A stretch of DNA of 64,000 nt, the filler included, from Sanchytrium tribonematis (taxonomy: Eukaryota): NCBI GenBank assembly GCA_018985235.1. It is 5 parts of 5 records of this genome, joined end to end, with 100 filler letters (N's around TTAATTAATTAA, not from the genome) between each part and the next. Parts side by side here need not be neighbours in the genome. Positions count along the whole stretch, not along the records: positions 1 to 12,934 come from JADGIG010000204.1; positions 13,035 to 25,953 come from JADGIG010000205.1; 3 more parts are not named here. One strand, written 5' to 3'. The position numbers were made by a program, and so were the translations under genes. Shown one piece after another: positions 12,672-24,013 of the stretch (its first letter is position 1; each line of letters starts with the position of its first letter). Under the pieces are notes generated by a model that was not told the origin of the DNA, searched no databases, and worked only from the letters and a program-made list of their open reading frames with translations.

Positions 12672-12934
12672 TTATTCTTCAACACTGGTAACTGAATGAT
12701 TTAAATCGCCATAAATCTCGTAAAGTGTAACAGCTTTAGTTTTACCTTTGAGAGTTTCTTTACCGTGATACCGCGACCGAAATTTGTCCTTGATTTTTAA
12801 ATAGGTAGATTCCGCGACCAGCACCTAAATTAGATATAAATTACTTGATTGTCAATCGCCATTCCACAAATTCTGGAAGAAACATTCACGGCATCGCCTA
12901 TTGAGGTAACCTCAACTCGCTCTGCGCCACCAAG
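12672..12934 (-). CDS. Class III nucleotide (probably adenylyl) cyclase, C-terminal part only; join(complement 12845..12934, 12672..12824); truncated by contig end
   Basis: Not in the ORF track. Manual translation: LGGAERVEVTSIGDAVNVSSRICGMAIDNQ|VLVAESTYLKIKDKFRSRYHGKETLKGKTKAVTLYEIYG. 20-nt intron gtaatttatatctaatttag at 12825-12844. Confidence 0.85.
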
Positions 12935-13034
12935 NNNNNNNNNNNNNNNNNNNNNNNNNNNNNNNNNNNNNNNNNNNNTTAATTAATTAANNNNNNNNNN
13001 NNNNNNNNNNNNNNNNNNNNNNNNNNNNNNNNNN
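12935..13034. other. Artificial contig spacer (N44-TTAATTAATTAA-N44)
   Basis: Identical 100-nt spacer occurs four times; the 12-mer carries stops in all six frames. Confidence 0.97.
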
Positions 13035-13603
13035 AAGCTGGTGAAGAAAGAGTATTAAAGAGAGAAGGATTGAGAACCATCAAAACAGTTGGTACTTTAA
13101 GACCAAATGTTTTGCTTTATAATGAAATGAACCCAAACGACGTTGACGTTCAAAAGAAACTCACAAAAGACAGGAAGAAAGGAAATACTGTCATAGTCAT
13201 CGGGACTTCTTTAAAAGTTAACGGGATTAAGCGTGCAATAAAGGATTTGAGCCTGTCTGGCTGCGATGTCTGGTTAGTTAACCCGGACGAAAACATCAAA
13301 ATACCATCAGAACTAAAAAATATTTTCACCAAAATTTTGCACATGACAGCTGATGATTTTGCTAAATATATGGATACCAATGTACTAAAACAGTCAACTA
13401 TGGATAAATTTGTCAAGAAAACTTCCACAAATACCAAAAAGTCTATTGTAGTGGAAATTTCGTCTATCAAGAAAGAAACAAATCCTCTTAAAAATAAGAC
13501 ATTGAATTTCAAGACCAAAAAATTGGTTGAATCAGACACAAAAGCGGAAAATACTCCACCGGAAGAATCACAATTGAAGAGCAAAATCCTCCAAAGTAAA
13601 TAG
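13035..13603 (+). CDS. Sirtuin (Hst3/Hst4-like) C-terminal fragment, 5' partial
   Basis: GTLRPNVLLYNE, VIVIGTSLKV, VWLVN; frame open back to the contig start. Confidence 0.75.
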
Positions 13604-13610
13604 CATAAAT

Positions 13611-14471
13611 TTACAATTTTTTATTGAACATTTTTAATGCCCCCATTGTAGTGATTCTCTTATTTTTGTTTGGTTGCAACAAATTTTCCAGAATTTTGTT
13701 TCCATGGCAATCGACATACTTGAGACTGGAAATTTTGTTGATCATTTCATCGTCATCGACACACAACCAGGGCAAATCACCAATAATCAATTCATAATAA
13801 ATACAACCGATAGACCAAACGTCTCTTGCTAATCCATATTTATAAAATTCACCTATGAAGCATTCAGGCGCCATATATTCCAAAGTTCCTTCTAACCATT
13901 CAGAAGTCAATTCATGAGAAATTAACATTTCTGAAAATCCGAAATCAATCAATTTAAGTTTATCAGGCCTGACAAATACAATATTCATAGGCTTGATATC
14001 TTTATGAATGACATTCAATTGATGCAAAGACAATACAGCCCTACAAATTTCAACCATCAAAGAAACTACTATAGAACTATTTTTCAACTTGGGCATCATC
14101 TGGTGTAATGTATAAGGCGCATATTCAAATAATAGATGGTAATTGGTATTACTGGCTTCAAAAGCAATCAAATTGATGACATAGGGAATATCTTTAAGCA
14201 ACTGTAAACATTGCAATTCTTTCTCGGCATGATAATGAGTCACAGCATCCACCACCTTTGTCATTTTGAGGGCATATATATTGAAATTGATATGAACCTT
14301 GTAAACAGTGCTAGAATATCCATGGCCTAGAGCATTAATTAAAACTACATTGTATTCTTGAACAGAAATCACGGTTTTTGGTTCTATAGAACAAACACAT
14401 CCAAGTTCAATGTAACAGCAAATTATATCAAAAATCCAATAAAAGTAAGACAGAAGTTTTAAAATGGCCAT
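13611..14471 (-). CDS. Ser/Thr protein kinase
   Basis: LGHGYSSTVY, YALK, IHKDIKPMNI, DFG, GTLEYMAPE, DVWSIG. Confidence 0.9.
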   Translation of the reverse strand: MAILKLLSYFYWIFDIICCYIELGCVCSIEPKTVISVQEYNVVLINALGHGYSSTVYKVHINFNIYALKMTKVVDAVTHYHAEKELQCLQLLKDIPYVINLIAFEASNTNYHLLFEYAPYTLHQMMPKLKNSSIVVSLMVEICRAVLSLHQLNVIHKDIKPMNIVFVRPDKLKLIDFGFSEMLISHELTSEWLEGTLEYMAPECFIGEFYKYGLARDVWSIGCIYYELIIGDLPWLCVDDDEMINKISSLKYVDCHGNKILENLLQPNKNKRITTMGALKMFNKKL

Positions 14472-14530
14472 TGAGAGCGACTTTGTAGTTTTTCAACATT
14501 TTCAGAATGCTCCTACAGTTTTAACTTGAC

Positions 14531-14998
14531 ATGAGTGCGGAAGAGAGACTGGCGACCGAGAGGAAAAAATTTAGAAAAGAAAGACCACAAGGATTTTACG
14601 CGAAACCAGCCACAAAAAGGAATGGAGAATTAAACCTTTTTATTTGGAATTGTAAATTCCCAGGAGTCGCAAATACCATTTGGGCTGATGGCACATATAA
14701 CGTTATATTAGAATTTCCACCTGACTATCCGAAAAACCCACCGACTGCAAAGTTTTCGCCTCCCATATATCACGTAAATGTGTATGATGATGGATTAGTA
14801 TGTCTCAGTTTACTAGACGCTAATCAGGATTGGAAATCAACAGTAGATGTCAAAACAATACTAATTAGCTTACAGATGCTTTTAAATAGTCCTAATATAG
14901 AATCTCCTGCCAATCCAACAGCTGGGATGTGGTATGGTGAGAACAAGGCCAAGTACAATGAAAATGTAAAAATTTCAATAAAAAGTATGAAGAATTGA
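14531..14998 (+). CDS. UBC9: SUMO-conjugating enzyme Ubc9
   Basis: RLATERKKFRKERPQGFYAKP, LNLFIWNC, HVNVYDDGLVCLSLL. Confidence 0.88.
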   Translation: MSAEERLATERKKFRKERPQGFYAKPATKRNGELNLFIWNCKFPGVANTIWADGTYNVILEFPPDYPKNPPTAKFSPPIYHVNVYDDGLVCLSLLDANQDWKSTVDVKTILISLQMLLNSPNIESPANPTAGMWYGENKAKYNENVKISIKSMKN

Positions 14999-15008
14999 AT
15001 TAGGTTTA

Positions 15009-16336
15009 TTAAATCAATGGTAAATTTTGAGCCCTAGCGTCAATCTGCCGAATTTGTTGCCTTCTAATACGCAACTGTTCAAATTCCTTTTGCACATCAG
15101 AGGTCAGATCCTTCGGTGACAAAACTATGAGTGGTAATTTGCTAGTCTTATTTTCCAATTCAGGAAGCTGTTTCTAAATGAGAAAAAAATGCCCAAGCTC
15201 CAATGCCTCTTTTATTTTTAACTTCATTTACTGAAGTGTCTTCAAAACCCTACGAAAGTATGGAAGTTACATTTTGTTTGTTGGCTTCTTGCTTTTCTGC
15301 CAGTTTTTTGTCTTTCTTATCTTTGATTTGACCTTTTAAATACTCAGCATTAACTCTGTTTTTCTCAAGCTAAATGAACAAAAAATACCTTTTCTTCTCT
15401 ACCAGGATCGTCATTGGTATGATCGGAAGCTCTTCTACTAGGTTTTTCTGATGGACTCATCGTCATATTTCCAGAGCTAATTCTTGAACTAGCAGTACCA
15501 GGTTTTGATACTATAGTAGAAGAATTTTTTAAAGGCGGTAACTGGGCAGATGATAGCCGACTATTGTCCTCTGCTTGGTAATCATTGAACATTTCGGTAG
15601 AATTTTGGTGAGAAACTGATTTGGATCTTACACCAAGTTCTTTAAATTCTAAATCTGTGATCATTTCGTTCTGGAAATCAACAGAACCCTTTTTTGATTC
15701 GGGTTTTTCGATATTTGAAGTGTTTTGTCTTCTTCCAGAAGGATAGTTGCTCTGCTTACCATATCCATCGTATATTCTATCTCTTTCTTCTCCGGCGATG
15801 ATGTCAAACTTTTCAGTTCTTTCGTAAACGTGGTCCTTAACGGCTTTTCTACCATTATTTGTCTTAAATTCAGGGCCATTTCCGAAATTAGTTCCACTTT
15901 CTTGAGCAAGTTTTTTTTCTTGCTCTTTTTCGAGCATTTCTTGTCGTTTTTTGGCTTCTGCGTGCTTTTCCTTAAAATCCTGAAGCTCTTTCTTTCTTAG
16001 TTCGTTTTGGATACGGAGCTTTTCGAGCTGTTCTGGTGTGTGTTCATGAGCACCATTTGTAATTCGAGCATCTTTTTTTAGTGCTCGTCTATTTCCTTCA
16101 TCGACAGGTAGTTCTTTTAAAGCAGATTTTTTAGGAGTTCCGTCCAAATTGTAGTCTTGAAATCCGCCGTTAACAATTTTCTTGAAATCGGTCTTTTGCT
16201 CCTCTTGTTCATGACCAAGACTTGTAGCTCGTTTCGTCGGTCTATTTTGTATCTCTTTGGCTCTTCTTTCGTTTTCTTCTTTCTGTAATTTATTTGGATC
16301 GTTTGGTGTCATGTCATGAGCTAAAAAATTTGACAT
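15009..16336 (-). CDS. Hypothetical charged/low-complexity protein with three 3' micro-introns (15370-15388, 15250-15270, 15174-15192)
   Basis: ORF from ATG 16336. Removing 19-nt GT-AG, 21-nt GT-AG and 19-nt GC-AG introns gives a continuous frame to TAA at 15009, 10 nt from the UBC9 stop. The middle intron is less certain. Confidence 0.6.
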
Positions 16337-16456
16337 TTTCGGTGGCTTGTGCAAATGCCATTCGTTTTAAAACAGCCAAAAAAGTCTATCAACCCCTGAT
16401 ATATTGAAAATGAATAAACGTGTGGCTATTTACGCCAAAGTTAAAACTGAACTGAA

Positions 16457-17908
16457 ATGCTTATATCCATAATTTTCGGTTTGGAATTAATTAACCTACT
16501 CGCTCAAGTTAATTACGTGCAACGCCCACTTCAAAAATCATTTACTTCTAAGCCTAAGTTTAATGCTGGCGTAGCCAGTGGGGATCCTACTTTAAACTCG
16601 ATTATTTTATGGACACGGGTAGAAAATTACAGTGGCGTAGTCTACGTTGAAATAAGTGGGAAGGAAACTTTAGAAAATAGCGTGATTCATCATTCAAAAA
16701 CTTCTGCAAAACACGATTATATAGTCAAATTGGATGTATCAGGACTTCGGGCTCACAAGCGCTACTATTATCAATTTTACGTCAATTATGGCAACAAAAA
16801 GATCAGGTCCCTGATGGGAACATTTAAAACTTTGCCTGTTGACACAAAGCACGTCAAGTTAGCTATAGCCTCTTGTCAAAATTTACCATATGGTTTTTTT
16901 ACACCACTGAAGATTATGGTGGATCTCAAGGCGGACTATCAAGTTTTTTTAGGTGACTATATTTATGAGTACAGAAATGGTCCTTATGGCAATGGCACTG
17001 CTATCAATCGTCTACCTAAGCCGAATAGAGACCTCACGACATTGTCAGATTATAGAACGCGACATTTGCAATATAAACAAGATAGAGATTTGCAGCATTT
17101 TCATCAATACATCTCACAAATACCTGTGTGGGATGACCATGAATTTAGTGACAATAGCTGGAGAAATGGTTCCAAATTAAGAAATAGCACTTTTATGGCG
17201 AGAAAATTAGCCGCAATGCAGGCTTATTTTGAATACATGCCTATACGTGTTTTCCCAAAACAAATGTTTGATCCAATTTATCGAACATTTCAGTTTGGAA
17301 AATTATTTGAGTTGATTATGATGGACACTAGAAGCGTTCGTGATCAAAATGGGATTAGAAACCCAAAGATAATTGGAAATCCTAATAGAACCTTATTAGG
17401 GACTGCTCAAGAGAATTGGTTAAAAAAATTGCCTTTAAAACCAACCAAATGGACATTATATGGTAATCAAATCGCCTTTGCAGTAGTGAACAAGAAAATT
17501 CACAATCTCAATTTCCCACTTTTAGAAGACGCATGGGATGCCTACCCAGCATCTAGACGGTTTATGATTGATTATATGCATAAGAGACAATTAGAAAGTG
17601 GATCCAAACCCATTATGCTCTCTGGAGATGTTCATATTTCCATGCACAATCGAATTGAAGGAATTGATGAGCTCATCGCTCCAGCAATTGCTTCTCTCAG
17701 CTTTGAGAATAAGCATCTAAAGTCTGTTGCTAATAAGGTACTGAATCTTTTGAAAGTAGGAGAGTCTTTGTGGGTCGATGTCTATTCGAAAGGATTTATG
17801 ATGTTGGATATATTTGTGGATAAAATCAACGTAACTTGGATCCATCTTGATGTCAAAAAAGACACTTATAATTACACAGTGGGTAAGAATATTGTAATTT
17901 CAAAATAA
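16457..17908 (+). CDS. PhoD-family alkaline phosphatase, probably secreted
   Basis: GVASGDP, ILWTR, ASC, LGDYIYE, WDDHEF, MDTR, LLG..QENW, DAWDAY, LSGDVH. Confidence 0.92.
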   Translation: MLISIIFGLELINLLAQVNYVQRPLQKSFTSKPKFNAGVASGDPTLNSIILWTRVENYSGVVYVEISGKETLENSVIHHSKTSAKHDYIVKLDVSGLRAHKRYYYQFYVNYGNKKIRSLMGTFKTLPVDTKHVKLAIASCQNLPYGFFTPLKIMVDLKADYQVFLGDYIYEYRNGPYGNGTAINRLPKPNRDLTTLSDYRTRHLQYKQDRDLQHFHQYISQIPVWDDHEFSDNSWRNGSKLRNSTFMARKLAAMQAYFEYMPIRVFPKQMFDPIYRTFQFGKLFELIMMDTRSVRDQNGIRNPKIIGNPNRTLLGTAQENWLKKLPLKPTKWTLYGNQIAFAVVNKKIHNLNFPLLEDAWDAYPASRRFMIDYMHKRQLESGSKPIMLSGDVHISMHNRIEGIDELIAPAIASLSFENKHLKSVANKVLNLLKVGESLWVDVYSKGFMMLDIFVDKINVTWIHLDVKKDTYNYTVGKNIVISK

Positions 17909-17913
17909 AAGAT

Positions 17914-18183
17914 TTATTTCAATCCGAGTAAAAGTAACAATGGCCCAAAAAAAGCGAGAAATAGCGAGTTTAACTCAGATTGTTGCATATTATCCATCTC
18001 CGCTTCGATTGAAAGTATAAGGAGATTTAGTGACTTGAGTTTGCTTATTGATGATGTTCCTTGTTTCTGAATATAAAGATTTCTTAGTTTAGACTGCAAT
18101 TGATCATAATGCAAGTTATTCGCACTTTCAGATAGCTCTGGACCCATTGACGCAAACAATACAATCAAATTCAGTAGTATCAT
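17914..18183 (-). CDS. Small hypothetical protein with signal-like N-terminus and hydrophobic C-terminus
   Basis: 89-aa ORF; stop embedded in AATAAA and 5 nt from the convergent PhoD stop, like the other genes here. Confidence 0.55.
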   Translation of the reverse strand: MILLNLIVLFASMGPELSESANNLHYDQLQSKLRNLYIQKQGTSSISKLKSLNLLILSIEAEMDNMQQSELNSLFLAFFGPLLLLLGLK

Positions 18184-19076
18184 TGATCTTCCATCAAGCG
18201 CATTCTATTTAACAAATCAATTTAGCTGATGATTGGTCAGAAGTTTTGAGTGATTGGTTGGGAACTCTATTCTGCAAAGGCAATCTCGGAATCCTTTTTA
18301 AAACTTTTGAGACATCAAATATAAAAACCAGTGAATTCAAAAATTTGAAAGACTTTTAGAATCTTTGAAATGTTTATTGGAAAAAAGGTATCCAAAATAA
18401 CTGTAAGAAATCTGATCTAGTCATCAAGAATAAAATGTTGATTCAAATTGAGTTTGCATTGTCGTCAATAAATAGTGCAGACATTAATTTTCCAATTTGA
18501 TAGAATTTTCATAAAGTTCCAATAGTGCGGTGTTCAAAGGTCCTACAATTTTTTGGTATCTTTCTTCTTTTTCCAAATATGAATTATCAAATAATAGAGA
18601 CGGATCAGATTTTTTCAGATATTTAATAATTTAAATGAAGACCTTGCTTTCTCCCTAGCAATATTACAAAAGCAAAAGCGCTTTGAAGATCAGTTTCGTT
18701 GTGTGTTCTTTTAAATTCATCTTGGTATTCTGTATGAATTCCTGTTCGTTCAGATTATTAAATTGTCTTTTCAATGCATTATAATTTGAATTCATGATTG
18801 CCATTCCATCTACGTAGTCATCTTTAACCTTTCCATACAAAAGAAGATTGACAATTTCCGGGTTTTTGGACTTAAACTCAAATAGCTCAATTAATCTAAT
18901 GATTGAAATTGCTGGTCTAGTTTCTATATCAAACACTCGAAAGTACACAATTTGATTGGCTGACATTATTTAGTCTAGTTTATATATTTGAAATACAACA
19001 AAAGCTTGAATCGATTTATCTCGAATTAACAGTTCAGAAGTTAGTCTAGTTTTTATATTTGGTGTCCCTTTTATTA

Positions 19077-21138
19077 TTAATTACTTCTGTCGAAAAATTC
19101 GTGAAACTTTGCAAGATTTCTATTTAAAGCTCGGAGCAGATAAGGATTCAATTGCTGTTGAAAATAGGAACCTAATTTGTGTTTCCCAATTCTTACTATT
19201 AGTTTGGTAGCGCACACCTTAACTTGTGGATCAAAATGAAAGAGTCCTATAGCAATTGGAGAGAGTCCTCCTTGATCTATAGGTAAATAACTTAATAACT
19301 ACATTAAACTTAAATACTTCTTCAATTTGATTTGGCTGTTTAATAATTTTTTCAAAAGCTACAAATGTGTCTCTGACTTCATCGATGGATAGATTGCTGC
19401 ATTGTCTCAATTTGACAATCTCTGTCCCAAGATCTATGCCTTTACATGGCCTTTCTATGGTATAAAGTTTGAAATCCTCAACCAAGTTTTTGTAAACTTC
19501 GTTGCTTCTAAATGCAAGAATTCTAGCCTTGTTTTGCTTTAGTTCTTCCCTATCGATTGAGTCAAAAAAGGTATAACCTGTTGGGGGCTCAAGATTTAAA
19601 TTAAACTGGTCCACTTCGTCTATTAAGTCTTGCTGTTGTAAAGCTACCTGGCAATCTTGCTCTTCTCTTTCATAAGCAATAAGCAAATGAACAAATCTTT
19701 CGATATATTCTTGAAGCTTCATTCTCACGAAATGCTCTCCACATCTATTACTGATCATGTCGACCACTTCCTCGACCAATTCAAAATCTGTGAGATATTT
19801 GTCCAGCTTGGTTTTCTGGTTTTCTTTGTCTTTATCACGACTTTTTGTCCTTCTATGCATTTCCTCTGTGCTCAGGGTTTCCAGCATATCTTTCTTTATA
19901 ATCGATTTAAACCACTTTTCTTTCTTTTCGTCATCTTTGTGAGCTACACAATCTGGGCTTATGGTGACTTCACCAGTTTTCACATTAACAAGAACATCCC
20001 ACCATTTGGTTTTTGTTTCATATGCAGGATTAGTTACTCCTGCAATGTATCCTGGGCAACCAAGTACTGTATCCAGATGAAAAATACTACAATAGGGAAA
20101 GCACCGTTTTGAAATGCCTCTTAAAATTGAACCATTACCACTGGCAATTGAAACTAATGCCAAAACATGTTGACAAACCTCGCTTGCACTAATTGCATGC
20201 CCAAGAAATAATACTCTTTTTCCAGTGAGTACGGCATTAATCAACACTATCAAATTTGGGGTTTCAACACCACTGCTGTGCAGTTCCTTGATCATTGGGC
20301 CAGTTGGGAATTCTGTACCAGCTTTATTATACTTTTGAATGAAATCTATTATACTAAACTCACCTATTCTTTCAATTTTTTTGGTCGAAATAATGGGTAT
20401 TTGCAATTTCATACTTACTTTGTAAGCGCTGATCGTAACTTGTTGAGTTTTGTTTTCAGGAAAAACACTAGCCCGTCTTCTAATAAGCCCTACATTTTCT
20501 TGAGGTTGAATTTGGTCGAAATTTGAAACTGTCTGTCTTTTCTTGGCAGATTCGCTTTGGCTTCTAGGTCTTGGTTTCTTCTTAATTTCACTTTCGCTTT
20601 TCGTTCGGTCTCTAAATTCATCTGTACTGGCTTCCAAAGTTGCCATTTTTGGTTTAAATACTTCAGTGCGATTGAATTGAGTAGTCTCGGTTTGTTCGAT
20701 AATTTTTCTGCGATATTCAGGAATGGGTGAAATTTTTGAAATGTCACTGTTGTTTATCGCTTCAAATACAATTTTAAGCATATCGGGATCATTTGATTTG
20801 AAATATTGATCAAGCGTTAAAACAAGCAAGGGACGAAAGACGTGCAAAAAAGGTTTTGTGCTACAAATTGCTAAGGCTTTCATTCTTGCACCTCGCTGGG
20901 CAGTATCATCTTTTTTTGTCATAACCAAATTCAATGCATACATCTGCTGATTAGATTTCAAAAAGTGATGAAGAAAAAACCAAGTCCAATCCGTATCCCT
21001 TGAATGACCTCCTTCAGGCAACATTAATTCGGCTAGAACCTGTTCGTCAACACCCGTTGGAGTAGGATACTGCTGCCGCAAGGTGCTTCCCTTTAGAATG
21101 TCAAACTCGCTTAATAAAACATAGTCCACGATAGTCAT
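19077..21138 (-). CDS. DENN-family polarity protein Afi1/MesA-like; join(complement 19318..21138, 19077..19298)
   Basis: VDYVLLSEFDILKGS, LAELMLPEGGH, RGARMKALAI, IAGVTNP. A 19-nt intron at 19299-19317 yields LLSYLPIDQGGLSPIAIGLFH. Confidence 0.85.
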
Positions 21139-21273
21139 TTTATAGGAGTTTCAAAATTGCTTGAATTTTTTTATAGTTATTCCTAATCTACCTTGTCTCA
21201 AAGTAAAAGAATTAAATGCTGTTGATATTCGATATCTTTTTCATATTTTGCGCCAAAAATAATTTAGGTCAAA

Positions 21274-21831
21274 ATGTTGTTTTATTCCTCTTATTTGGCT
21301 GCAAAATATTGTTTTGAGAACAACTTGTGTTATTCCCTTAACAAAGGCACTGATAACTTGGAGGTATATATTGAAGCACCAATCCAAGGCTGGGCTGGGA
21401 TTGGATTCTCAAATTTAACTATTGGAATGAAAGCAGATGTGCTATTGTTTTGGAGCTACAATAATTCTGTAATTGTCAGCCCTAGATTAGCAAGTGCCTA
21501 TAGCAGACCAAGTACAGTGAGTCAAAATGTAGCAATTATCAATCAAACGGTTACAGATACTGGATTCCGTGTAGCGTTCTCACGACCATTGTTAGCTACA
21601 GGTGGATACTCATATAGTTATGGGGATTATGTGTTACTCGCATACACTAATACTCCGATTTCAAGTTCCAGTGCAAGCTATGCAATTGGAAAGCATGTCA
21701 ATCGCACAAGATGGCAACCACAAGAAAGCGCATCTGCTCAGTCTACAGACACACCTCAAGGCCAAAATTCTAATGCCGAACAATTACTCAATATTTTGCA
21801 TATGTTCTTTTTGTTTGCAAATTGGATTTAA
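21274..21831 (+). CDS. DOMON-domain surface/secreted protein
   Basis: GWAGIGFS...MKADV, FSRPL, conserved H (IGKH); hydrophobic C-terminus suggests a GPI signal. Confidence 0.7.
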   Translation: MLFYSSYLAAKYCFENNLCYSLNKGTDNLEVYIEAPIQGWAGIGFSNLTIGMKADVLLFWSYNNSVIVSPRLASAYSRPSTVSQNVAIINQTVTDTGFRVAFSRPLLATGGYSYSYGDYVLLAYTNTPISSSSASYAIGKHVNRTRWQPQESASAQSTDTPQGQNSNAEQLLNILHMFFLFANWI

Positions 21832-21902
21832 TAAATATTTAACATTCAAGGAGATTAGGTAATGATCGAATAATATTGAGGAGTTGAAACTACATTCATC
21901 AA

Positions 21903-23796
21903 ATGGCGGAACGATCTGAAAATCATGAATTGGCATCAATTTCTAAAAATGAAGATCAAAAGGAAAAGCTTCTAAATGAGGAAGAAATTACACTCACTTG
22001 GCATGATATTAAATATACGATTACCAAAAAAAAGAAAGATACTACATTATTGGCTGGAATTAGTGGAGAGGTCAAAGCAGGCGAGATGGTAGCGATACTT
22101 GGAAGCTCTGGGGCTGGAAAATCGACTTTATTAAATGTTTTGAGTGGCCGCGTGAATACTGGTAAAATTGAAGGCCAGGTTTTAGTCAATGGTCAGCCCA
22201 GAGATCCTAAAATTTGGACAAAGCAATGTAATGTTGTGGAGCAAGATGACATGTTTTATGCTACGACTACAGTGAAAGACGCAATTGCATTCAGTGGAAA
22301 GCTAAGGCTACCGAAACAAAGTCCGGAGAGCTTAAACAAAACTGTCGACACCACTATAGAAGAACTAGGACTTATTCATGTAAAAAATACGAGGATTGGG
22401 GACGCAATCAGAAGAGGTATCAGTGGTGGAGAAAGGAAACGTTGCGCAATTGGAGTCGAATTGGTTACCAATCCTAAACTATTGTTTTTGGACGAGCCGA
22501 CTACTGGACTTGATAGTTTTATTGCATACAATATTATACAGACACTGAAAAATCTAGCCGCTAGAGAAAATCGATCCATCCTGATGACAATCCATCAGCC
22601 AAGAGAAACAATTGTTGCCCTGTTTGACAAAATTATGCTACTGAGCAAAGGACGCTGTATTTTTTTCGGTAATATACAAGAGGCCTTAGACTATTTCTCT
22701 AAAAACGGGTTTCCTTGCCCAGAAAATACGAACCCTGCAAATTTCTTTATCGATCTGATCACAATAGATTATCGAACTGAAGAAAAACGAGAGAAAAGTG
22801 AAAACAGAATCAATAAGTTGATTGAAAATTGGAAGCAGCACGATTTTAAAGCAAAATATCCGAAAATACAGGAGTACCATGTGGCAGGTGGCCACCTTAG
22901 TTTTCAATACAATTCTACTTGGCTATATGAATTTGGAATACTATTTAAAAGAAGTCTTAAAGAAACGACACAAAATCCGGCCATTGTTGGCATCACCATT
23001 GTGCAGTCTTTGTTCCAACTTTTGCTTCTTGGTGTGGTGTTTAACAACTTAGACAAGTCCCAAAAAGGAATTCAAAATCGTATTGGTTTTGTATTTTTTC
23101 TGTCTCTCAATTTACTGTTCACTAATGTCATGCCAACCGTAAATACCTTTCCCCTATTGAGAAGCATTATTAGCAGGGAGAGACGATCTGGAATGTACAG
23201 AGCAAGTTCCGCGTTTCTTGCGAGGCTATTAAGTGTGTTTCCATTAATTACATTCCAATGGGCATTTTTTGTAATTCCAATTTATTGGATCTTGGGGATG
23301 GATCCCGCTGCTGATAAATATGTCATTTATTTTGTAGCTGCATACCTACACCAAATTTTTGCATGTTGCCTTGGTTTGATGATTGGATCAGCAGTTCCGG
23401 TAATTTTGATTTATATAGACTCCAGAATTGGGTCAGGTTATCGCCCCTATAGTAGCTTTGTTGATGATAATATTTGGAGGTTTGGTTGTGAATTTAAAAT
23501 CCCTCTCGCCAGCCATTTCTTGGCTACAATACCTCAGCCCAATTAGCAACACAGTGAAAATTATGAGTCAAAATGAATTCAAAGGCCAGGTGTATAATTG
23601 TGTCTCAAAAGCTCAAACTCCTAATGGGCCACAGTGCGTAGATTTAACTGGTGAGGATATTTTATCAAATCAAGCACTTGATACACCAGTTTTGTTAGTT
23701 TGCTTTATAATTAACATAAGCTGCGTTGTATTCATGGCAATATGTGGAGTGTGTTGCTTTAATCGAACAACAAGGCCAAAATTAAAGTTAAAGTAA
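21903..23796 (+). CDS. ABCG half-transporter (White/ABCG2-like); join(21903..23399,23419..23796)
   Basis: GSSGAGKST, ISGGERKR, LDEPTTGLD, TIHQP and TMD. A 19-nt intron at 23400-23418 joins the two ORFs (AVP|TPELGQ). Confidence 0.93.
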
Positions 23797-23805
23797 ATTT
23801 AATTC

Positions 23806-23968
23806 TCAAACTCTGGTGCTTGAATTTTTTTTATTATATTTACTTTGGATGTTTTCTAGCTCAAGTATTATCTGACTTTGTTGATTTTGTGTAATACTGT
23901 ATAAACAAAAAATACAGAAAGTCATTGTAAGGTAAAATTTCACTAATGGATTTGCATCTTGATTCCAT
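23806..23968 (-). CDS. Putative 47-aa micro-protein; join(complement 23916..23968, 23806..23896)
   Basis: ATG at 23968, consensus 19-nt intron gtattttttgtttatacag (23897-23915), stop 9 nt from the convergent ABCG stop. No homology recognised. Confidence 0.4.
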
Positions 23969-24013
23969 TAATTGCAATTTGTTGCTATAATCGGAAAAAG
24001 CTGAAGTAAAATT

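Noticed and set aside
12901..12915. Near-perfect palindrome TTGAGGTAACCTCAA as an ncRNA or terminator hairpin
   Set aside because: Lies within the cyclase coding exon (codons VEVTS); chance symmetry.
12979..12990. TTAATTAATTAA repeated four times as a possible biological repeat or recombination site
   Set aside because: Always centred in N-runs of identical length; a six-frame-stop linker added during assembly processing.
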